The translations under genes and the position numbers were made by a program. Below are positions 29,968 to 37,818 of a DNA stretch of 49,023 bases, one piece after another. Within the stretch, counting starts at the first letter, position 1. The number at the start of each line of letters is the position of its first letter. Below the pieces are notes generated by a model, which was given only the letters and a program-made list of their open reading frames with translations, was not told the origin of the DNA and made no database searches. This DNA is from Candidatus Micrarchaeota archaeon (GTDB taxonomy: Archaea; Micrarchaeota; Micrarchaeia; Anstonellales; JAGGVH01). The DNA is taken from assembly GCA_021158105.1 (NCBI GenBank), contig JAGGVH010000016.1, positions 1 to 49,023 of the forward strand, in the 5' to 3' direction.

Positions 29968-31311
29968 TCATTCTTGTTTGCAAACAGAATATCCCACTAC
30001 CTTAACACCATTACTACAATGGACTGGCAGTTTATAGGTTATGGTTAGGGTTTTATCATAAACATTTTCATGGTTTAATGTTATCCAAGGAGTGCAATGG
30101 GTGTTATCCGGAAAGATATAATTATAATCCGGATACCATGTATCAAGATAAATCATCAGCTTACTGCATTCATCAGTCAAAAATTGTGAAGATACCCCTA
30201 ATATATAACCCCCAATCATAAAAAATAATGCAAAAAATAATGCAAAAAATATGATTGATTTATTGTTGACAAATGATGTTGCAAGCGGGAAAAGAAAAAT
30301 TAATGAGATAAACCTTGTGATATCCCCCATCATCCAATGTATTAATATTATGTGGGCAGTTGACAGATGTAACAATCCCCATCCCCTAATGGGTATAATA
30401 TTGTCAAACAATGCAAGAACAATGAGCACTGCGACCAGTAGGATGTACCACTTGGTTTTCATCTCACCTGTGAACGAAAGTAGTATTATCAAGATGACCA
30501 ACGGGTCAAGATACCTAAGATGAGAAGAGGATGATGAGATTAAAATATAAACGATAAGTAGGATTAAATAAGGTTTTAGAATTGTTTTGTTAGGTAGCAA
30601 GAAAACTAAGCCGAACGTGCCGATGGTCAGATAAGGTATGATCTTCATAAGGTTTTCAGGGTTGATATTTGGAGTGTTGCGAAAAAATATCACAGTCAAA
30701 AGTATTAACAATGCTATCAATCCTATCAAAACCATTTTCATGTTTACAGTTTTTTTGTTTATGATGTCTAAGAAAATCAAGATGATAAATGTTAAGAATA
30801 ATGTTGCACCCATAACCTTTGTCAGTGTGGCAAACAATGAAACCAATATAAACAATCCCAAGTTGATGTTAGACTGGTCTGTCCACCATCTTATAAGTAA
30901 AACAAACCCTAACATAAACAAAGGAATGAACAGGTTTTCAGCCATTACCAATGTTGGATAAAACAAAACTGAAGGCAGTAAAATTGAAAATAACATTATT
31001 AAAAACTGGTTAGTCTTATCCTTTGTATATTGAGAGATTAAGTATGCAGGAAACACTAACAAACTCATCATAAAAGCATTAATGTATCCTATAACACCTT
31101 CACCCAGCATTGCCCATAAACTGATAAACAAAGGATACATGGGCCGTGTCCAAAAGAAGTTGTCAGGTGAAAAGGTGGTTAAGGACTTGGCAGATAACAT
31201 GTATAAAGGAGAATCAGGCTGGACATAACCAATACCTGTGAAAAGGATTAATATGGAATGAACAAATAATGATATGAGAAACCAGTATACAACTTTCTCC
31301 AATTTTACCAC
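29968..31311 (-). CDS. Polytopic membrane protein, probable GT-C (PMT/ArnT-like) glycosyltransferase
   Basis: TM1 followed by PDS.LY, RPMYP, AENLF, A.LTK, RYL.P; about 11 TM segments. Confidence 0.7.
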   Translation of the reverse strand: MVKLEKVVYWFLISLFVHSILILFTGIGYVQPDSPLYMLSAKSLTTFSPDNFFWTRPMYPLFISLWAMLGEGVIGYINAFMMSLLVFPAYLISQYTKDKTNQFLIMLFSILLPSVLFYPTLVMAENLFIPLFMLGFVLLIRWWTDQSNINLGLFILVSLFATLTKVMGATLFLTFIILIFLDIINKKTVNMKMVLIGLIALLILLTVIFFRNTPNINPENLMKIIPYLTIGTFGLVFLLPNKTILKPYLILLIVYILISSSSSHLRYLDPLVILIILLSFTGEMKTKWYILLVAVLIVLALFDNIIPIRGWGLLHLSTAHIILIHWMMGDITRFISLIFLFPLATSFVNNKSIIFFALFFALFFMIGGYILGVSSQFLTDECSKLMIYLDTWYPDYNYIFPDNTHCTPWITLNHENVYDKTLTITYKLPVHCSNGVKVVGYSVCKQE

Positions 31312-31779
31312 TCATTCTTGAACAGTGCCTGTTATTGGAACATCCGGCTTATATTCAAACTGCTGGCCAACAACTGAATATGTAAACCCTATGTTAAAAG
31401 AATATGGCTCGCCGGGATTAAAATTCTTATTCATGTTAATCTTGATTATCTTTTTCTCACTAGGATTAAGTTGTGATGACACTGTAAAACTGTCACTGTT
31501 TAGCCAGACATTATCGATCGTTATCGGGGCAGCCTTATTGTTCTTTATATTCAAAACTAATGTGCCGTCTGAATACAAAGAATGTGAACGAATGCCAATG
31601 TCTGAATAATACCAAAAATCTCTATGTCCTGATGATGACATCTGCGAAACCAGTGAAGGAATATTTGTAAAGAATATCGCTGAAGTTAATATTACAACCA
31701 GTACTATTGCCAGCATTAACAAGTATTCAGTTGCAGCCTGACCTTTTCTTTGTGCTTTTATGATATTGATAACTTTCAT
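31312..31779 (-). CDS. Class III signal peptide (type IV pilin-like) protein
   Basis: RKG|QAATEYLLMLAIVLVVIL (cleavage site, +5 Glu, hydrophobic stretch). Confidence 0.85.
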   Translation of the reverse strand: MKVINIIKAQRKGQAATEYLLMLAIVLVVILTSAIFFTNIPSLVSQMSSSGHRDFWYYSDIGIRSHSLYSDGTLVLNIKNNKAAPITIDNVWLNSDSFTVSSQLNPSEKKIIKINMNKNFNPGEPYSFNIGFTYSVVGQQFEYKPDVPITGTVQE

Positions 31780-31863
31780 GATGATAATAAAAAGGTAAGG
31801 TATTTAAGCGTTATCACTTTTGCTGAACAATACTATTCGTTTTCATAATAAAGGATTAAATTA

Positions 31864-31932
31864 AAAGTTTAGTTTAAAGTTTTACGCAAAACTTCAAAGT
31901 TTAGTTTGAAATTATGCAATTATTTATAAAGG
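31864..31932 (+). repeat. Repeat A, copy 1 (69 bp; includes the TATA box of ATPase 1)
   Basis: 65/69 identical to 33225-33293; half-sites AAACTTCAAA/TTTGAAGTTT. Confidence 0.95.
31923..31930 (+). promoter_or_regulatory. Probable TATA box (TTTATAAA) for leaderless ATPase 1 transcript
   Basis: About 24 bp upstream of ATG 31954; no RBS. Confidence 0.6.
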
Positions 31933-31953
31933 TTTTGGAATTTAATATAGTAT

Positions 31954-33216
31954 ATGGACATTATTGAAATTGAAAACCAAAATCCTTGGTGGAATGATGA
32001 GGAATGGTTCAAAAAAGACCAAAAACTTATAACGGTTGAGAGGTCTGCTGTCAGTCTTGAATGGAAGCCATTTAAACTGGCAGAAGGAATTTATATTGTG
32101 TACGGCCCCAGACAAGTAGGAAAAACAACATGGGTTAAACAGGAAATTAAAAAACTTACTGATAAAAAAAAATATAATATATTATACCTCGCATGTGATG
32201 GAATCCTTTCAAATAAGGAATTTAAAAAAACACTCATAGAAATCTTAAAATATAAAAATTTTAAATATATATTTCTTGACGAGGTAACATTCATTGAAAA
32301 TTGGGAACAAATAATAAAATATCTTGCTGATTTAGGTAAATTTGAAGGGAAAACTGTGGTATTGACAGGATCATCATCACTCAATGTACTTAGAAAATCA
32401 GAGAGGCTGACTGGAAGACTAACAAAACAAAAACGATTTTATCCTTTAACATTTAGAGAATTTGTTAATGCAAAGATTAACACATCACCAACCAATGAAC
32501 AGTTATTTTATTTATTTAGGAGATATCTAATTCATGGAGGAATTTTAAAAGTTATTAACGAATATGAAAAAAATGGGTTTGTATCCTCTGACACTGTAAA
32601 TGATTATAGTGGAGCAATAGACGGAGAACTTTCAAAGATAAGGCATTCATCACGAATATTTAATTATATTCTCTCGCGTATCATAAAAACAATGACAAAC
32701 ACAATTTCATGGTCATCTATAGCAGGATCAGAAATTTCACAACCAACTGTATCTGATTATATTGAAATAGGAAAACAGCTTATGTTTATTGAATATATTG
32801 AAAATCTAAATTCATATGACAAGTCTTTCACAAAAAACAAAAAAATTTATTTTGTCGATCCTTTTATGTTTTGGGTTTCGCTCCATAGGATAAAAAGAAT
32901 TGGGGATGTTGGATTGGATAGTATTTTACCATATGAAAGCAAACTTGTGGAAAATGCTGTCTTTTCAAATCTTTTAATATATATTGATAAAAAAATTAAC
33001 CGTTCTATGTTTAATATACGTGATCACTTATTTTATATCAAAGATAGAACTGGGGAGATTGATTTCTACATAAATAAAAAGAAGATTGAAGTAAAATGGA
33101 CTAATAATTTTATTAAAAAACCAGACATTTTATACTTAACAAAAAGCAGTTTAAGCAGGAATGAAATACCTGTATATCAATTTTTATATGATATCGAAAA
33201 ATATGTAGGGTTATGA
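31954..33216 (+). CDS. AAA_14/DUF4143 ATPase (paralog 1)
   Basis: QNPWW, Walker A GPRQVGKTT, Walker B FLDEV, TGSS, LTGR, PLTFREF, GG, KKIYFVD, EN, EIDF..IEVK. Confidence 0.92.
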   Translation: MDIIEIENQNPWWNDEEWFKKDQKLITVERSAVSLEWKPFKLAEGIYIVYGPRQVGKTTWVKQEIKKLTDKKKYNILYLACDGILSNKEFKKTLIEILKYKNFKYIFLDEVTFIENWEQIIKYLADLGKFEGKTVVLTGSSSLNVLRKSERLTGRLTKQKRFYPLTFREFVNAKINTSPTNEQLFYLFRRYLIHGGILKVINEYEKNGFVSSDTVNDYSGAIDGELSKIRHSSRIFNYILSRIIKTMTNTISWSSIAGSEISQPTVSDYIEIGKQLMFIEYIENLNSYDKSFTKNKKIYFVDPFMFWVSLHRIKRIGDVGLDSILPYESKLVENAVFSNLLIYIDKKINRSMFNIRDHLFYIKDRTGEIDFYINKKKIEVKWTNNFIKKPDILYLTKSSLSRNEIPVYQFLYDIEKYVGL

Positions 33217-33224
33217 AAAATCTC

Positions 33225-33293
33225 AAAGTTTAGTTTGAAGTTTTACGCAAAACTTTAAAGTTAAGTTTGAAATTGTGCAATTATTTATAAAGG
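33225..33293 (+). repeat. Repeat A, copy 2 (8 bp after the ATPase 1 stop)
   Basis: Direct repeat of 31864-31932 with 4 mismatches. Confidence 0.95.
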
Positions 33294-33316
33294 CTCCGGT
33301 TCTGGACAGATAAAAA

Positions 33317-33374
33317 TATTTCTTTCTGTTCATAGAAAGAAAATTGGTAAATTCTTTCTATTGGTAGAAAGAAA
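33317..33374 (+). repeat. Repeat B, copy 1 (58 bp, abuts the ATPase 2 stop)
   Basis: Identical to 34671-34728; half-sites TTTCTTTCT/AGAAAGAAA. Confidence 0.97.
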
Positions 33375-34634
33375 TTATTTTAACAGCCATTTCCAAACGG
33401 GCAAAACTTGAATCTCTCTACCACCTATCTTGATCGTATCCTCAGTGTCATATGTAATAATTTCATTTGAATGTTTGAACATCTTTGATGCTTCTAAAAT
33501 TCCTTTAACTTCTCTGTCATAATTGTCTTGATTTAAAGTGTATGTAACCTGAATAGATTTGTTTGATGTTATAAAATCACATTCAAACCCATTCTTATAA
33601 TAATTAATCATCTTTTCTCTTCTGCGTAGTTCCAAATAAACTATATTCTCCAACATTCTTCCTATATCTTTATCAGGCACATAATAATTTATGAAGGCAT
33701 GGTCCATCACATAATTCTTTTTTGAATATGAAAGCTCTTTTTTCCCTTTATGTCTTGGGGTTATTAAATCTAAGAAATAAACCTCTTTTAGCATACCAAC
33801 ATAACTATGAATAACTGATGTGCTTGATTTATAATTTAAACTTTTTGCAAAATTATGAAACTTATTCATAGAAAATTCTTGAGAATAATTTTTTATTATA
33901 TACTTCATTAACAAATCCATTAAATCTCTATTCTTTATATTATACCTTTCAATTATATCCCTGTAGAATATCGTTTTAAAATAATCATCAATTATGCCCA
34001 ACCGGTTTTCTAAAACAATTTCTGGAAATCCACTCAACCTAACATAATCGTCAAACATTTTTTTTACCTTATGCTGCAATTTTCCATATTCCCAATTCTC
34101 TTTAAGTTTAACTCCTCTAAAAACTAAAAATTCTTTAAATGAAAGAGGAAACAACTCTATAGAATACGCCCTGCCTCTTAAAGATGTTGCAATCTCTCTA
34201 CTAAGTAGATTTGAGTTTGAGCCAGTGATATAAACAGTATATCTTTGCTCCTGTAATCTCCTTATGAATTTGTCCCATCCTCTAATGTTTTGTATTTCAT
34301 CAAAAAAAAGTATTGGTTTTTTGTCTGGATATAATTCATTATATCCTTCTAATATATAATTCAACTGTTCCTTCCTTATGTCTGAAATCCTTTCATTTTC
34401 AAAGTTTATGTATAAAAAATCTGTTATATCTTTACCAACTTTCATCTTTTCATTCATTATTTGATAGAGCAGATATGTTTTTCCAGCTCTTCTCGGACCA
34501 ACAACTGTTATAATTTTATTTATTTTCTTAAACTTGGGTATTTTAACATCTCTTTTGTAAAAATCAGGTATTCCAGTATCATGAAACTCCATTATGATTT
34601 CTTTTATGAACCTTTTTAACTCATAATTTTCCAT
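33375..34634 (-). CDS. AAA_14/DUF4143 ATPase (paralog 2)
   Basis: GPRRAGKT, YINFE, FFDEIQ, TGSNS, LRGR, PLSFKEF, GFPE, RDIIERY, LEN.V..EL, ECDF..IQVT; start MENYE at 34634. Confidence 0.93.
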   Translation of the reverse strand: MENYELKRFIKEIIMEFHDTGIPDFYKRDVKIPKFKKINKIITVVGPRRAGKTYLLYQIMNEKMKVGKDITDFLYINFENERISDIRKEQLNYILEGYNELYPDKKPILFFDEIQNIRGWDKFIRRLQEQRYTVYITGSNSNLLSREIATSLRGRAYSIELFPLSFKEFLVFRGVKLKENWEYGKLQHKVKKMFDDYVRLSGFPEIVLENRLGIIDDYFKTIFYRDIIERYNIKNRDLMDLLMKYIIKNYSQEFSMNKFHNFAKSLNYKSSTSVIHSYVGMLKEVYFLDLITPRHKGKKELSYSKKNYVMDHAFINYYVPDKDIGRMLENIVYLELRRREKMINYYKNGFECDFITSNKSIQVTYTLNQDNYDREVKGILEASKMFKHSNEIITYDTEDTIKIGGREIQVLPVWKWLLK

Positions 34635-34670
34635 ACTATTATCTACTAAATAAACATTTTTAAACCTTTC

Positions 34671-34728
34671 TATTTCTTTCTGTTCATAGAAAGAAAATTG
34701 GTAAATTCTTTCTATTGGTAGAAAGAAA
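34671..34728 (+). repeat. Repeat B, copy 2 (upstream of the ATPase 2 promoter)
   Basis: 58/58 identical to 33317-33374. Confidence 0.97.
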
Positions 34729-34730
34729 GT

Positions 34731-34782
34731 TGTTTTCTGTAAAAAACAAAAATGTATGTTTTTGTTCTTTTGAAAAAACAAT
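34731..34782 (+). repeat. Repeat C, copy 1 (52 bp, abuts the ATPase 3 stop)
   Basis: 51/52 identical to 36050-36101; half-sites TTTTTGTTTT/AAAACAAAAA. Confidence 0.96.
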
Positions 34783-36020
34783 TATAGGATTGAATAAAAT
34801 ATATAAAACGGAAGTTTATACACCCCATCTTTTTCAGAAATATCCAATCCTTTATAAACAATTATTTTCTTGAACTTAGTTTTTATGTTATTAAACTGCT
34901 GGAACCCTTTTTTCTTTGAACCTATTTCAATTAGATAATCTTTCCAAACAAAATCAATATTATCTAAAAAATAAACATTTGTAAAATTAGATGCAAATAT
35001 ATCTTCAGTCATATTCCCAACAGTTTCTGACTCTGGGATCAACATCATATCAGCATACTCCTTTCTTATAGATGGGACAATAAAATAATATTTCCATTCC
35101 TTTCTTGCAGAAGATTTACCCATTTTGTAAGGCAATACCCTTTTTATGATTTCACCTCTCTCAAGAAGATTAAGCATACTACCCACCATACTCTTTGAAA
35201 CTCCAAGATCATTAGACAATACTGTATAATTAATCTTATTAGAAGCTGATAATAAGAGAATCATCCTTTCAAATTTATTCAGAGTGTATGTTTCCAGATT
35301 TCTTGACTTTGCAATGTCTGAATATATTACTTTTTCAACAAGGTCTTTTAATGTTTTAGGAGAATTATCAAACAGGTATGGTAGATTATTATTTATATAA
35401 TCATCAACAATATTTAATAAATTTGACACTTTATCATGAATATAGATATCATATCTCATTGCACTTCTCAATAAATCTTCACCTGGATTAAACCTTTCAA
35501 GTTTTACACCAGTCCTAATAAATATATATTCTCTAAATAACAAGGGGGGCAGGTGAACATAATTTGCACGTCTTGCAAGTTTTTGTTTGGATTCCTTAAT
35601 ATTTAAAGATGATGAACCAGTAATATAAAATTTCATTTTAGTATATTTATCATATGCAACTTTTATTTCATCCCACCAGTTAGGATAAGCATTGATTTCA
35701 TCTATAAACACTATTGCATCATCACCAAATAGATATTGAACCGCTTTTAAAACACTAAGTAAAGGTAACTTAACAGTGGATATCTCCTCCCCATGAATAT
35801 AAACTCGTTTACTTTCGTCAGATTCATTATATTTTTGGAACATGATAGTTGTTTTACCACTGCCACGTATACCATACATAATATTTAAACGTTTATTAAA
35901 CATATCATAAAAAAATCTTTTTTTATATTCAACATAATCTTTAGACGTCTTTTCATATCCAATCTTAGAATATTTAACAAATTCAACTGCATCAATAGAA
36001 TTTACTCCAAAATTATTCAT
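34782..36020 (-). CDS. AAA_14/DUF4143 ATPase (paralog 3)
   Basis: GIRGSGKTT, FIDEI, TGSSS, LARR, PLLFREY, wHTH LSNDLGVSKSMV, KYYF, IDF..IEIG; start MNNFG at 36020. Confidence 0.92.
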   Translation of the reverse strand: MNNFGVNSIDAVEFVKYSKIGYEKTSKDYVEYKKRFFYDMFNKRLNIMYGIRGSGKTTIMFQKYNESDESKRVYIHGEEISTVKLPLLSVLKAVQYLFGDDAIVFIDEINAYPNWWDEIKVAYDKYTKMKFYITGSSSLNIKESKQKLARRANYVHLPPLLFREYIFIRTGVKLERFNPGEDLLRSAMRYDIYIHDKVSNLLNIVDDYINNNLPYLFDNSPKTLKDLVEKVIYSDIAKSRNLETYTLNKFERMILLLSASNKINYTVLSNDLGVSKSMVGSMLNLLERGEIIKRVLPYKMGKSSARKEWKYYFIVPSIRKEYADMMLIPESETVGNMTEDIFASNFTNVYFLDNIDFVWKDYLIEIGSKKKGFQQFNNIKTKFKKIIVYKGLDISEKDGVYKLPFYIFYSIL

Positions 36021-36049
36021 GTTTATTATATATACATATATATTTATAA

Positions 36050-36101
36050 TGTTTTCTGTAAAAAACAAAAATGTATGATTTTGTTCTTTTGAAAAAACAA
36101 T
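36050..36101 (+). repeat. Repeat C, copy 2 (adjoins the ATPase 3 TATA box)
   Basis: Direct repeat of 34731-34782 with 1 mismatch. Confidence 0.96.
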
Positions 36102-36428
36102 GCTTTTAGATATCACCAATCTTGCTTGAAAAGAATTCTACTATTTGTCCACTATAACCATTATAATAAGATCCTTCCATAATAGGATTATACATTTTTT
36201 AGTTAAAAATTGTGATTAAACATTTGATGTTTAGGTTAAATGTTAACTGTTAAGGATAAGAGTTAGAGTGGTTAACTGATAGTTTTTATAAAACATTTTC
36301 AACAGTCAACCCCCATAAAACCCATAATAACCTTTTTAAAACTATATGATATAATATACTTGAATATTTAAATGAATGTTTGAAAATAAAAAGTAAAAAG
36401 TTTGATGTTTGAACGGAGGTGTCAGAAG

Positions 36429-36806
36429 ATGAAGATAAACATGTTGTTTGCAATGATGTTCATTGCATTGTTAATGATGAATGTGTGGAGTGATCTTGGT
36501 GATGGTGCCTTGGTTGATGATGATGATGGTGGTGATGGTGATGATATTACATTTGGTAGTCTTAGAAATGTGCTTTGTGAAGTTAAAAAGGGAATTGAAG
36601 AATTATTAGGACCGATCGCATTCCTGCTTGTTGTAATGGCAGCAGTGATTTATGCTGGTGGACAACTCGGTGATGCACAACTCAGGGCAAAGGCGCAGGG
36701 TTGGGCAGTCGGTGCACTCGTTGGTGCTATCATAGCGTTTGTTTTATATGCAGTAGGACCAACTATTATAACAAAGATGTTTGGCGCTACTGATTGTCCT
36801 CCATAA
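36429..36806 (+). CDS. TrbC/VirB2-like pilin, paralog 1
   Basis: Signal peptide, acidic linker, TM-(GGQLGDAQLRAKAQGW)-TM hairpin; GGAGGTG RBS. Confidence 0.65.
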   Translation: MKINMLFAMMFIALLMMNVWSDLGDGALVDDDDGGDGDDITFGSLRNVLCEVKKGIEELLGPIAFLLVVMAAVIYAGGQLGDAQLRAKAQGWAVGALVGAIIAFVLYAVGPTIITKMFGATDCPP

Positions 36807-36816
36807 GGTGAACATC

Positions 36817-37170
36817 ATGAAACCTCTTTTTTCTTTTATTTTGTTTTCAATGCTTCTTACCGGTTTTATCTTTGCATATGAAGATGAAGACAGTGGCATG
36901 ACCAAACTCACAGACGTGTTATGTAAAGTTGAAGCTCAACTTATTACTCTTCTCGGACCGATCGCATTCCTATTAGTTGTCATGGCGGCAGTCGTATACG
37001 GTGGAAGCCAGTTAGGTGATGCACAACTCAGGGCAAAGGGCCAAGGTTGGGCAGTCATGGCAATTGTCGGTGCAGTCATAGCATTCGTTATAATGATGTT
37101 CGGCCCTTGGCTGGTTGAAACCATGTTCGGCGGAAAATGTGAAGGGGGAGAATGGGTAGTAACTGAATAA
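36817..37170 (+). CDS. TrbC/VirB2-like pilin, paralog 2
   Basis: Shares LLGPIAFLLVVMAAV.Y.G.QLGDAQLRAK.QGWAV with paralog 1; AGGTGA RBS. Confidence 0.65.
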   Translation: MKPLFSFILFSMLLTGFIFAYEDEDSGMTKLTDVLCKVEAQLITLLGPIAFLLVVMAAVVYGGSQLGDAQLRAKGQGWAVMAIVGAVIAFVIMMFGPWLVETMFGGKCEGGEWVVTE

Positions 37171-37226
37171 TGCCATTTTCTAAAATTTTCGAAACATTTA
37201 TAAATAATCTAAAATAAAATAGAAAC

Positions 37227-37814
37227 ATGAGAAAGAAAGAATTTGTATATCTATACCTCTCAAACAATTATATTAAAGGTAAAATTAAATTTACACAGAA
37301 AGAAATAGCTGAAAAACTCAACATTTCTTTAAGCACAGTCAACAATGCTCTTCGCCCATTAGTAAAAATGAATTCTATTAAAGTTGGGCACATGGGATTA
37401 GAAATAATTGACTTTGAAAAGATAATGGTTTACTGGGCGACAATAAGAAACATTAACAAAGATATAATCTACAAGACATTCTGTCCATACAGACCATTAA
37501 GGATTGAATCGAGTTTGCCTTCAGATGTTATATTCACTGGATATTCAGGATATAGGATCTTAACAGGTGACGCACCAGCAGACTATGGTGAGATTTATGT
37601 TTATTCAAACAATCCAAAAGAAATCGAAAAAAGATTTCCAAAAAAGAAAGGACCCACCAATTTAATAGTGCTTGCATACGATGAACACTTAGAAATGTTC
37701 AAACAAAAAAACTGTGCACCTTTGCCCTTAATCTTTGTTGACATTTGGAACCTGCCGCAGTGGTATGGCAAAGATTTTCTTGATAAGATAAAAAATAAAC
37801 TTTTTAACAGGTGA
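37227..37814 (+). CDS. wHTH-containing AbiEi-like antitoxin/regulator
   Basis: FTQKEIAEKLNISLSTVNNAL HTH; C-terminal TGYSGY..IYVY..PLPLIFVDIW pattern; 4 bp upstream of an NTase gene. Confidence 0.65.
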   Translation: MRKKEFVYLYLSNNYIKGKIKFTQKEIAEKLNISLSTVNNALRPLVKMNSIKVGHMGLEIIDFEKIMVYWATIRNINKDIIYKTFCPYRPLRIESSLPSDVIFTGYSGYRILTGDAPADYGEIYVYSNNPKEIEKRFPKKKGPTNLIVLAYDEHLEMFKQKNCAPLPLIFVDIWNLPQWYGKDFLDKIKNKLFNR

Positions 37815-37818
37815 TTAG

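Noticed and set aside
34635-34781. 49-aa N-terminal extension of ATPase 2 in the ORF track
   Set aside because: It translates repeats B2/C1 and the TATA region; ATG 34634 gives a family-typical length
31864-36101. Repeats A/B/C as a CRISPR array
   Set aside because: Each occurs only twice, about 1.3 kb apart around a gene; there are no spacer-sized intervals and no cas genes
31864-36101. Modules as classical IS elements
   Set aside because: Ends are direct rather than inverted repeats, and no DDE, HUH or serine/tyrosine recombinase motif is recognisable in the enclosed proteins
36021-36119. 33-aa N-terminal extension of ATPase 3
   Set aside because: It translates repeat C2 and the promoter; ATG 36020 is preferred
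36195-36310. Recurrent GTTAA words upstream of the VirB2-like genes
   Set aside because: Short, irregularly spaced and expected by chance in AT-rich DNA; cannot be supported as an operator
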